A stretch of 64,000 nt of DNA from Amoebidium appalachense (Eukaryota; Protista; Ichthyosporea). Made by a program: the position numbers and the translations under genes. The stretch lies in assembly GCA_963693365.1 (NCBI GenBank), contig CAVNZM010000016.1, positions 3,375,957 through 3,439,956 on the forward strand, written 5' to 3'. The notes under the pieces are model-generated. The model did no database searches and was not told the origin of the DNA. It saw nothing but the letters and a program-made list of their open reading frames with translations. Position 1 is the stretch's first letter; each line of letters begins with the position of its first letter. Shown one piece after another: positions 47,764 to 64,000 of the stretch.

Positions 47764-49994
47764 GCCAGTCAGTCTGCCACAATTGTACAACCAATACTGA
47801 TTCAGATGAGCAATCCAAGTCTTAAATTCAAGTCTTATGGTAAGGTGTCCGATTTTGAGTGAATACAAGAGAGGCCTAGGGGTGTCCAACCAAAGTCCAA
47901 TGACCAATCATGATTTAGCAGGAAGAGAGATAAACTACATGCATGTCCCTAATAACCAAAGCATAGCCGTTGGCAAAACGCACCGGCTGCAACACACCGG
48001 TGTGCATGCAACATACATACATGCTGTGAAAGTGTGTGACTCGGCGCATCGACAGATGAAGCGCTACGGGCCGCTGCATGCATGCATGTGTACACACGTG
48101 GTTGCTGTTTTATCGAATGACATATGGCTGTATATGGCCCGGGGCCCCGGGCAAGTTCCGGAAATTTTCGAAACTTGGTGCCAGCGTGCAATCACAACGA
48201 CGGCCTGATACGATGAGCAAGTCATGAGCGTACCCGTGCCTACATGTTGATATCGATAACATCCCAGCGCAACTCTATACCAGCAGCAGTGCTAAAGTTG
48301 ACATTCCGGAGCGGGAACTTTGGCGGAGAGTAGTGGCAAACAAATTAGTACCAGTTTACGGATTGGTTGTATCATTAGGTCCAAATTTAAAATTAATAAC
48401 ACATATAAAAGCCTACAATCTACTTACACTAGTAAAACTTTTTTATATATAATAAAATTGTATTATAAATAATTTTGTTGAAAAAATGTTAGCTTGAATA
48501 TGAAGTAACGTATTATTTATTTTTGTTTGTAAAGACTTTGGCGATAATGGATTTTTTAGCCAATCAGTGTATTTTGCACTAGCTCCAAACGCGGCGCGTT
48601 TATTGGATACAAACTTCAACTGACCATTCGGAGGTAAAGCCGGAAGCTATGACGTAACATTCCATTTCGAAATTTGAGCGATTTGATTGGGGCGGAGGGA
48701 ACGCCGGAAACTCCCTGACCAGTCTGGCTGGTATACACATAGGGTACCATGTCGATACCGACTCAGTCGAGTCGCTTACAAATAATCATGGGATAAATCT
48801 GGGGGGCATATTTCAAGTTCAAAACTGAATTCAGGACATGCATGCACAGGTTTATTCTGGTTGTTCATGTTGTCGGTCTCTAGCTTTAATGCTAAAAACA
48901 GTCAACCAAACCTTAAAATAGAAAGAAACATTCGGGACTTTGTCATTGAACAAATGTTACACGGAAACAAACGTTACAAACGGCCCCCTGCACGTGCCTG
49001 CAAGCCAAAAAAGGAAAAGCCAAAATAACGGTCAACTACCTGAAATCATGAACACGAATAGGCGTACGTATATGCGGGGTACGTATCAGTGATTTTTAAT
49101 GATCAACTTATCTGTAAAAATTAAACCGACAACCTTAAAAGGTCTTTGCCAAAAAACTAGGGTCCTTTACCTGTGCTGAATAACGTTTTCCTTTTCTTTC
49201 TCTTGTGCTGCCTTTTTTCTTCCTTCCTTTCTTTCTTTTCGCTTGATTGTTTTCGAGCCACGTCTGATCAACGGCAATGGCTTGCATACCATGGGTGCAT
49301 ACCATGGGTGCGCCGCAAGCCAATCGCCGTAGATTTTCTAAAGAAAAGCTCAAGGAAATTGTCCCCCCAAACTCTACAGATAAGCCGTGACGTTACTCTG
49401 GTATGTGACGGCATCAAAGCATGTCCAGTTTTAATGTGTGTTAAGAAAGGAAAAAGTAAATGCATTACAAACATAGAAGCTCACGTTTACCTGAAAATGC
49501 TAAAAATTTAAACACATGCAGGGTTTTGTGCTGTCCGGTCACGGGGCCTCATTTTCAACAGCCACATACCACATATCTTTGAAATCATATCTATACTGGG
49601 ACTCAAATTTCCTGTAAAAAAAAACTTCTTTCCAAAAAATTCCTCCACGCCGAGTCCACGGCATGCGGCAAGAGCCACAGTCGCACAGGTAATAATTTGT
49701 CTATGGCACTTGATTATATAAATTAAAATTTGGCTCTTAATCAGTATTACTGTTTTTATTTGGCAATTTCTTAGAATTAAAATATCTTTGAATCCATCTT
49801 AAGACTTGTTTGTGCTTTTGAAGTTGATGAAGTTCAAAAATTAGGTTTTGAAACAGTTGGGATATAAAAGGCACGGTTTGGCGGATATTAAACAAAAGCT
49901 AATTCAACCAATCAAAGAGCGCGTTTTGGATAAAAAAGTTGCCATTTATGGTTTTCAGGAGATGACCAACGGCATTCCAGCATAAGCAACTCGC

Positions 49995-50002
49995 TATATA
50001 AA
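49995..50002 (+). promoter_or_regulatory. TATA box of the Cys-repeat gene
   Basis: TATATAAA about 120 nt upstream of the ATG at 50119, with CCAAT at about 49908. Confidence 0.6.
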
Positions 50003-50118
50003 CCCTACGAACACATTCTGATCCTCACAACGTGACCGACACGGTGAAGAGTAAGCGACAAAAGAAAACCACACCTCCATAGAAACTTGCAACGCTTCAT
50101 CATTTTCCCGCGTTGGAG

Positions 50119-50864
50119 ATGAAGTCCGCCATTGCCGCCGTCTTCGCGCTCGCCGCCGGCGCCAGCGGTGCCTACACGAACCCTTCCTTCATCACCTGCA
50201 AGGACTCCGCCGTCGTTTGCAAGTACGGTTATGACCCGAAGGTGACCCGCTGCAAGCCCTGGGACGGCTCTGACTTTGCCTGCACCAAGATTTGCTGCGC
50301 CCCCCCCCTCCACCCCCACCACCCCCACCACCATCGTTCGTGCGCTGCGATTCCAAGCCGGCCAACACCGCGTGCCAGTATGGCTACAAGAGCGACCCTA
50401 AGGTGGGCGGTGTGATGCGGTGCAAGCTGTGGGAGGGCTCCACCGAGCAGTGCAGCACCAAATATTGCTGCCTTCCTCCCCCCCCTCCTCCACCCCCTCC
50501 CCCACCGGCACCCAAGCCCGACCCAAAGCCCAAGGAGCCCAGCCTGATCTCGTGCAAGGATGCCAAGGCCAAGGTCACGTGCAAGCACGGATACAAGACC
50601 GACCCCAAGACAAAGGGTACCATGCGCTGCAAGCTCTGGTCCGGCTCCACCGTTCACTGCAGTGAGAAAACGTGCTGCCTGCCCCCTCCCCCCCCCCCCG
50701 CCCCCGAGCCGTCGTCGCTCGTCCGTTGCGACACCATTGCAGTGATCTGCCCCTATGGTTTCAAGACTGACCCTAAGGTCGGCGGCGTGATGCGGTGCAA
50801 GAAGACACCCGGCTCTACTGTTGAGTGCAACGCCATCACCTGCTGCGCCCCTCAGCACTATTAA
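50119..50864 (+). CDS. Intronless secreted protein with four 6-cysteine repeats and polyproline linkers (~248 aa after adding one C to the C9 run at 50300-50308)
   Basis: Signal peptide MKSAIAAVFALAAGASG. Repeats follow C-x6/8-C-x2-G[YF]..DPK..R-C-x9-C-x3/4-CC. Strong C/G-ending codon bias. The two supplied ORFs (50113 and 50292) join across the homopolymer. Confidence 0.85.
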
Positions 50865-51409
50865 AGAAAGATTTTTCTCCTCTTTTTCTCACTGGGAACA
50901 CCTTTTTTTAGGTAACGGGTTCCAGTAGGAGACAATATAGCATGTGTCAGCCTGGGAAAACAGAAATACCAATGCTCTTTGTGAATGGGTATATTTTTGT
51001 TGAGTTTCTTGGCCCTGCAATGGTAGTGTGTAGGTCCAAGTATACCTACTTTAGTAAAAAAAAAGTCTCTTGCTTACCTGCGGTAGGTGCACAAGTAAAA
51101 TAAAACGTCGCTGTTATATATCAAAAGATTTTGAGTTTTTCAGTGATACAACTGCTCCACAATCCAGATAGGAAGTACTATTTGGTCCGAGACGCATCAT
51201 GCCTCTGGCACCTCACCACCAATCCAACCCCCCCCACCCACCCCCCAGCCAAACACACACACTACCCTCCCCCTCCTTCCGAAACTCTCGTCTACTCTAG
51301 GAGTGTTTCAAATTGGAAACGGGAAACTGGCAATTCATACGGTACCATGGCCATATTTTCTGTTTGGAGCACGTGTGCTTCTGGTGAGTTCGACACCCAA
51401 ATTTTCTTT

Positions 51410-51704
51410 GGGAGCATTGATTTTGAACCCAGGGGGGGGGTAGTAGCAAGTTTAGGGGGGGGGGGGGTACCCGCCACCCCGCAAGAGGTCGGGTCCCCCC
51501 CCCCCCCCCCCCCCCCCAGGTGGGGGGGTACCCCACCACCCCAGCCAGGCTCTTATATAGTACTATAAGTACTAGATAGTACTATATGTTCACATATGAG
51601 GGGGGGGGGGGGGGGGGGTACCCACCACCCGCCGGGTACCCACCACCCCCCTAACCCCCGAAACTTTCTACTACCCCCTCCCCGGTTTCAAAATCAACGC
51701 TCCC
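51410..51704. mobile_element. MITE with ~50-bp imperfect terminal inverted repeats, Tourist/PIF-Harbinger-like
   Basis: Left end GGGAGCATTGATTTTGAACCCAGGGGGGGGTAGTAGCAAGTTT is the reverse complement (with few mismatches) of right end AAACTTTCTACTACCCCCTCCCGGTTTCAAAATCAACGCTCCC. Flanks are TTT and TTA (degenerate 3-bp TSD). No coding capacity. Confidence 0.75.
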
Positions 51705-52264
51705 TTAGTCCCCTTTGTCAACTAGAGTTAAAGGACACGTGGGTGCTCTTAAGTAGCTACGCGAAGATGTGGGTGAGAGTTTTGAGTGTAGGCCGGTGAG
51801 GGAGCTCGAGGAGAAGGGGGGAGGGGGTGAAAAATAGTGAAGGGTAAGGGAAGTGTTTGTGATCAGAACAGAAGGGTCTTGAAGGTTTCAAGAACCGATT
51901 CATTGCGAGTGTGAAACGGTGGCCATGTTTTGCTCCATGAGCCATGGCTTAATGAATGCCGATGATAGATAGATGCTGATAATAATTACTGCCCGGTGTC
52001 CTTGCGGCCCGTCCATGCATCAAATTTTCAAACTCTACGCCAAAACATTCCAAGCTTGGCGGTTATATTTAATACTGTATATGTTTACACCCCCATTTGA
52101 ATCAGAGTGTTTGCTCTTAAACTTGCATAGTGTTTATTAGAATATTCGGGTGCCCTGGTAGAAACGGCCCCTCAGTGAAGAATCTGATTGCCCAACACTG
52201 CGCCTTCACACTGTTGGATCCACACACGATATTTACACCAGAAGCACACCTGGGAAAGTCCCCG

Positions 52265-52296
<32 letters not shown>

Positions 52297-52498
52297 GGGG
52301 AGGGGAGGGGGGGGGGGGGGGGGGGAGGATCCTGGGTGTTCCTGGGAGGGTTGTCGGTGGGTGGTTGTGTGGGTTTCTGGGTATAAGTGGGTAGGTGGGG
52401 AAGGGAAAGTTTCTATTTCATTCTACGGAGGTCCGGTCCTATGCTTCAATACAAGCTACTATCGATCATTACTTGTATCCGGCATGAAGCCTGCGCGT

Positions 52499-52629
52499 GA
52501 AGACTGCTACACATTGCGCAATTGCGTTATCTGTGTGCTCTTTTTGAAGACTGCTACACATTGCGCAATGGCGTGTATCTGTGTGCTCTTTTTGAAGACT
52601 GCTACACATTGCGTATCTGTGTGCTCTTT
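52499..52629. repeat. Three tandem ~47-bp units (third shortened)
   Basis: GAAGACTGCTACACATTGCG..TATCTGTGTGCTCTTT repeated three times. Confidence 0.85.
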
Positions 52630-52926
52630 GTTGCCCACACGTGTGCTTATGCACGTACATGCACACACACAGACTCTGTCCCCATGCACCCCGCACGTGG
52701 CACGCCAACACAAACGTCCACTGCATCCACTACCCCGGCACTCACACACGCATGCAAGCCGGCATACACATATTCAAAATGGCACACACAAGATACACAC
52801 ACACACATACACATACCCGCAGGCACCCATACCCGCACGCGCGCGCACACACACACACGTGCGCGCGATCGCACACACATACACACACACACGCACACAC
52901 AAGCACACACACACACACACAAACAA

Positions 52927-52957
<31 letters not shown>

Positions 52958-53339
52958 TGTGTGTACACACACACATACACGCACACACGCACACGCGCAC
53001 CCTCAAGCACCAACTTGAAGCAGCAACACCACATACACATGCAAGCATGTGCACACACACCTTCACCAACACAAACAACCATTCACGTCACACGCTAACT
53101 AACAACTTGACAAACGCTCTCACACACCCACATCCATGTGCACAAGTAACATGTAAACTCAACCGGCCATTCCTCCCCACCCTTCTCCTCCCCCCTCCCC
53201 CCCCTCCCCCTTCCTTCGAATTCCTTCCCCCTCCACCCCCGTCATCCATCCCCCTCCCCCCGCCCCTTCGTTGCCACCAGTTCCACACACGTACAAATTT
53301 ACCATGAAAATGACTGGATGCATTACACACATAACTTCA

Positions 53340-53830
<491 letters not shown>

Positions 53831-54770
53831 ACCCCCCCCCCTCTTTCTCGTTTACTAGACGTCTCCGCTTCTCTCCTCCCTCCTCCTTCGAAACCCCCCT
53901 CCCCCTCTCTCTTTCACCCACCCCTTTCCCCACCGGTACCCTTTCTCGCCCCGCCCTCATCACCGCTTCAACCCTCTGAAACCTCTGTTTCGCTAAACAT
54001 AAAAGCACATGCACTAAGCACGTGAATGTGCTAGGGCCTGCCGTAACCCACAATGTTCATACACCCGGCCGCGGGGGACGGGACTCATGCACAGGGATGT
54101 GCCGATTTGACTCGGAATCATGACTTTAAGTCAAAAAAGCTCCTGACTTTTCAAAGTCAAGTCGAGACACCATGGCAGGGTATAGGTATGACTTTTGGGG
54201 GGAAAGGGAAAGAGGGGGGGATGGGGGGAGGGGGGCTTCAGGGGGGGCCGGGGTGGAGGGATGGGGAGGGAGAGGAGGGGGGAACGGGCCAAAAAATTAC
54301 TAAATATAGTATATAAGTCATTAAAGTCATGACTTGAGTCAGACCCCCCTAAGTCACGACTTCCAGTCAATTGATTTCACCGGCCTCGCCATATAATTAT
54401 AATTATAAGTCAGGAAACAAAGGTTACAGCGCCAAAATAAACATTTCCAAGCTATATCACAAGGACCGGGTTAGAATTGCAAAATCGGTAAGTGTGGGTA
54501 GGTTTACGAGAGGAAGGATATAAATATAAGTAGCTAATTTACACAACGATTGTAAAGAAAATAAACCGTTGAGTCTCTAATATAAAAAGAAGCACGGGCT
54601 CAAGAGCCCTACCATGATACTCTTTATCACAATGATGAAAAAAAAGCACTACTATCCGTAAAGCAAGTAACAAGTACATGCGACCAGTGCCAATTGGGAT
54701 CAGGAGTCAGCGTATATCAGCTCAAGTCACTGCTGACGTCGGCAGGCAGTCTCAAGATGGATAACCTGTG

Positions 54771-54831
<61 letters not shown>

Positions 54832-55010
54832 CGAGTTCTTCTATTTATTTTTTCAGTTTAATTTTTTGGTGCCGTGTTGGGGCCCCGGGGGGGGGGGGGG
54901 TTTGGAAGGGTTGGGTTGGATTGCATTGGGTTCAGTTGGGTCAGTAAATAAACATCCAAGTGCAAACGACATGTGGTGGTGGTGGTGGTGTGTGTGTCTG
55001 TGTGTCTGTC

Positions 55011-55076
<66 letters not shown>

Positions 55077-55109
55077 TGTGTGCACCGTGTGTATGTGTGT
55101 GTGTGTGCA

Positions 55110-55168
<59 letters not shown>

Positions 55169-55257
55169 TTTGTTTGTTTGTGTATGTTCGTGTAAAGCCC
55201 TATCCGAAAAAGGCTTTGTAGTTGATGGGTTGCGAGCCCGGATTTTTTTTTTTTTTT

Positions 55258-55304
<47 letters not shown>

Positions 55305-55453
55305 AGGCTTAAGGAAGAGGGTTTGTGTTTTTGTGGTGATTTGTTTTTCGGTAGTTCTATCGTTTGTTTCAAGCCTCATATCATGTTAACAAATTTTTAT
55401 ATCATACGTCCAGAAACACAGGGAGAGAGAGAAGGTGCCCCGGGCGGGGCGGG

Positions 55454-55503
<50 letters not shown>

Positions 55504-55820
55504 CTCGGAGAGAGACAGGAAGAGATCTCCAGGTGAGAGGATTCGAGACATGGTGGCGGTGGGGAAAACACACCTCAAACTTTTCCGTGCACATTCCGGT
55601 CAACATCAGTCCCACCATTTGCTCCATAATCGCGGCAGCAAAACCTAAGGCCGCCCAAGCGTGGAGGCATAGGTAGGGTCCAGGGAATCGTCGAACCGGC
55701 CCGAAAGACAATTGTGAGATGGAAATAGGTGTGAGCAACACAACTCACACCCACCACGTCTGCAACTAACCAGCAACCGGAAGTTCACAAGATGCAAACA
55801 GCCTAGTATTTGCGTCCATG

Positions 55821-55918
<98 letters not shown>

Positions 55919-55932
55919 CGCGCGCGCGCGCG

Positions 55933-55999
<67 letters not shown>

Positions 56000-56016
56000 C
56001 ACTATGTACACACCAC

Positions 56017-56102
<86 letters not shown>

Positions 56103-57235
56103 AGTCTGCATGCAACCATCATTATACACATCAATAGCAGCAACACGGCGTGAAACAGCTAATGGCTAGTGCCATGCAATAGTAGTGCCCGTGACAGACC
56201 GTCTGTTGACTGAACATATCATGAAACCCGCGGGTTGACCCGGCGCCAACAGAGGAAAGATCCGACACCCAACCGTCCGCGGCAGGGGCAAACCCAACCC
56301 AACCCAGGCCCGTCCCCCAGAGCCACAAACCCGCCCGTGAACCATCCGTCCCTGAGGCGACACATCCCTGGCTGGCTCACGGGGGTTTATGCACTTTGTG
56401 TTGCTGCGGACATCGTTAGGGGCCCAGCCTCACTTGACGGCCTACTGCAGTTTTCCAGCGCAGCCAATCAAATGCAGCTAGTGACTTCTGTAGTCTGTAC
56501 ACTGCCAGTGCAATAAAACAACCCTAGTATATAGATTATGGATAAGCAGAAGCTAGCATTGGTAGCTCCGAGAGAAAATTAAGACACCGTATCACAATAT
56601 CATACTGTGCAGCATTAATAAGGTGATCTAACACGGTCATTTTATAACGGATATACTGGGGGAGAGAAGTAGAAAAGAGAATAAAGCCACCTTCGGTTCT
56701 ACATTAGACACTTAAAGATAACGCAATCTATTTCACACGGCATTAGGACATGCACCAATCAGATCCAACGCGCAAATTGAACGAATCAAATGTGGTTATT
56801 CATTGCTTTATTGGGTTTAAAGGTTCGAGCAAGATCACGTGCACAGTGCAGATTCCACGAAGGCCTTCTGGGTTACAACGACTTCAATCAGCCGACTAAT
56901 GCTTTTATTAACAACATGCAGGCTATTTGCTATCTAATATTAAGGATTTAAGAAGGCTGTTCCAAGTTGCTTGGGTGGAAACTTGTAAGTACAGACATCA
57001 TGAAATCCCGTGTCCGCCCCGCCCCGCGCACCGTCGCACGCTTACGCGGTTAAAGGAATCTATATTACCATTGGTTACTGATCACGCTTTTCTCTCACCG
57101 CTTTTGGTTGGCTGCAGGCCACTATAAAACCCGTGCACGTTTCCAGTCAATCAGTTTTCCTCAGGTTTGAAGCTTAATGTATTTGTGTCTTCGGCGCTAA
57201 TACACACACAAAAAAAAAAAACACTAAACAAAAAA

Positions 57236-62371
<5,136 letters not shown>

Positions 62372-62824
62372 GGGACCGGTGTGTGGTTAACCGATCGTGA
62401 GGCAATGGTTTGGATACCATATTTGGCATAAGCTCGAGCGTGGACGACTTTAAGGGCAGGCAGGGTGAGACAAAGAAGGTTCTTTAAGGTGGATTCGTTA
62501 AATTTATGGGAGTTGGTGTTGGTGTGTGATTGGTTGAGGTATTAGTGTTGATACCATATTTGGACTCGAACATTTGCATCGAACACTGCCCTTAAGAATT
62601 CCTCATGCCCATATGCACACACAATGTAGTATCAATGCTCATTTTGGGCACTTGTTGATAAAAATTAATAGATGATTTAAAAATACTTGCACGAAACGAA
62701 CCACTGCCCTTACGCACACCACCACCAGACACGGACATTTTTGCACTTTGTCCCCACTTTTGTACTTTGTCCCGAATTGAGGGAGCTGTCTTTTTTTTAT
62801 TATTATTGTTATTATTAATTTCCT

Positions 62825-63145
62825 TCCCTTTTTAACTTTGACCCATATATCTCTATCCCCAACTCAGGGACTTTTTTTTCGTTTCCTTTTTTAACTTAAA
62901 CTTATACTTTTCTTGACCCATACATTTCTATCCCCAACTCAGGGACTTTCTTTTCGTTTCCTTTTTTAACTTAAAACCCATACTTTTCTAGATCACAACT
63001 ATTTTTTCTTTTCCTTTTTAAACTTAAACCCATACTTTTCTAGATCACAACTATTTTTTCGTTTCCTTTTTTAACTTTTTTAACTTTTTTTTTTTTTTAT
63101 AACTTTTTTAACTTTTTTAAACCCATACTTTTCTAGATCACAGCT
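62825..63145. repeat. About five degenerate T-rich tandem units downstream of the SDR gene
   Basis: Recurring CCTTTTTTAACTT..ACCCATACTTTTCTAGATCACAACTATTTTTTC and CTATCCCCAACTCAGGGACTTT units. Confidence 0.8.
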
Positions 63146-63339
63146 ATAAGGTTTCATAGTGTCATGTCAAATGTAACTGCCAGGGGCACACCAAATGCAC
63201 ATTTTCTCACACCAGGCACGAGTTTCCTTTTTTGGACATGCCATGATCATAACTTTTCCATATATGGGCATTGAGAGACACTGCGGGCAGTGGCTTTGGA
63301 TAATTAAACTTGGCGACTTTTTCACTGGATTGTGTGTGT

Positions 63340-63383
<44 letters not shown>

Positions 63384-63588
63384 ATTTGTGCAGCAAATGC
63401 ACTGGGATGCCTTGGTGAGAAGCGGGAAAGAACATATGGGACCACAACCAAGAACAAGTGCAAAAACTTCACTTGGAATTCCGCATCAGATCGAAGATTA
63501 TTATAGATCTTGCCATTGGTGGTGGTGGTGGGTTTGTGGCGTGTGTGAGGGTATTGGTGTGTGCCAGTGTGTTGGGAGGAGGAATGGA

Positions 63589-63621
<33 letters not shown>

Positions 63622-64000
63622 GAACATCAGAGCAAAGGTGGTATGTATTCCGGATATAATTCCTGCCCGTATATACCAACCGAGATCTTTTTAAAAAAAA
63701 GGGGAAAAAAAGAAAAAAAGGAGAACAGGAGATTTACCGATTGCCCAAAGCACATGCCCACAGCATCACTTGCATGCAGCCGCACATGGCAATTGCATGG
63801 GCACAGAAGAGCATCTTTCGAGTTTAAAAATTGAGATTTAATGAGGGGAATCCATGCACAGTTATTGGCGATTCCTCTAGCCAATAGGTCAACACCCCAG
63901 GGTGCCACACACGAAAAACCATTACAAGAATATCAATTTACATATATCCTTACACAGGGGAAAACACTTAATAATATCAGCATATATGCTGGTATGGAAA

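Noticed and set aside
47837-48208. 123-aa non-repetitive ORF, and similar short ORFs at 24285-25623 and 55397-55757
   Set aside because: They show no recognisable domain, no codon bias like the real genes and no supporting splice structure.
50229-50858. 209-aa minus-strand ORF
   Set aside because: It is the antisense shadow of the GC3-biased Cys-repeat gene.
54632-54737. Possible C/D-box snoRNA (ATGATGA ... CTGA)
   Set aside because: There is no terminal stem or recognisable rRNA antisense element, and the motifs are short enough to occur by chance.
54092-56370. 2.3-kb hAT-like element bounded by CAGGGATGTG / CACATCCCTG
   Set aside because: The 10-bp inverted match is present, but the flanking 8-mers (CTCATGCA versus GCTGGCTC) do not form a TSD and no transposase remnant was recognised.
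63150-64000. Possible exons of a minus-strand gene entering from the right edge
   Set aside because: There are short hydrophobic open stretches, but I could not establish a recognisable motif or a consistent splice chain.

Overview
Eukaryotic, intron-rich genomic DNA. Short exons are buried in introns and intergenic spacers packed with poly-C, poly-G and poly-A tracts and (CA)n/(GT)n/(CT)n microsatellites, so almost all ORFs in the supplied track are repeat artefacts. Splicing exons by hand gives seven genes: a SCY1-like pseudokinase (minus strand, runs off the left edge), an FBXO48-like F-box gene, a 14-exon glutathione synthetase, a ~19-exon C18orf63/DUF4708-like gene with a C-terminal SAP-like motif, a SixA-like histidine phosphatase (3' end unresolved), an intronless secreted protein with four 6-Cys repeats, and an SDR16C-type short-chain dehydrogenase. 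The main highlights are an AT-AC minor-spliceosome intron in GSS and a probable GT-AG minor intron in the DUF4708 gene. Local duplications repeatedly copy splice sites and exon ends, and one forms a complete stop-containing cassette. Several introns have G/GT-rich and C/CA-rich halves that are mutually complementary, and there is a Tourist-like MITE. The gene content suggests a unicellular holozoan such as an ichthyosporean, but this is inference only. All homology calls come from recalled family motifs, not from database searches.
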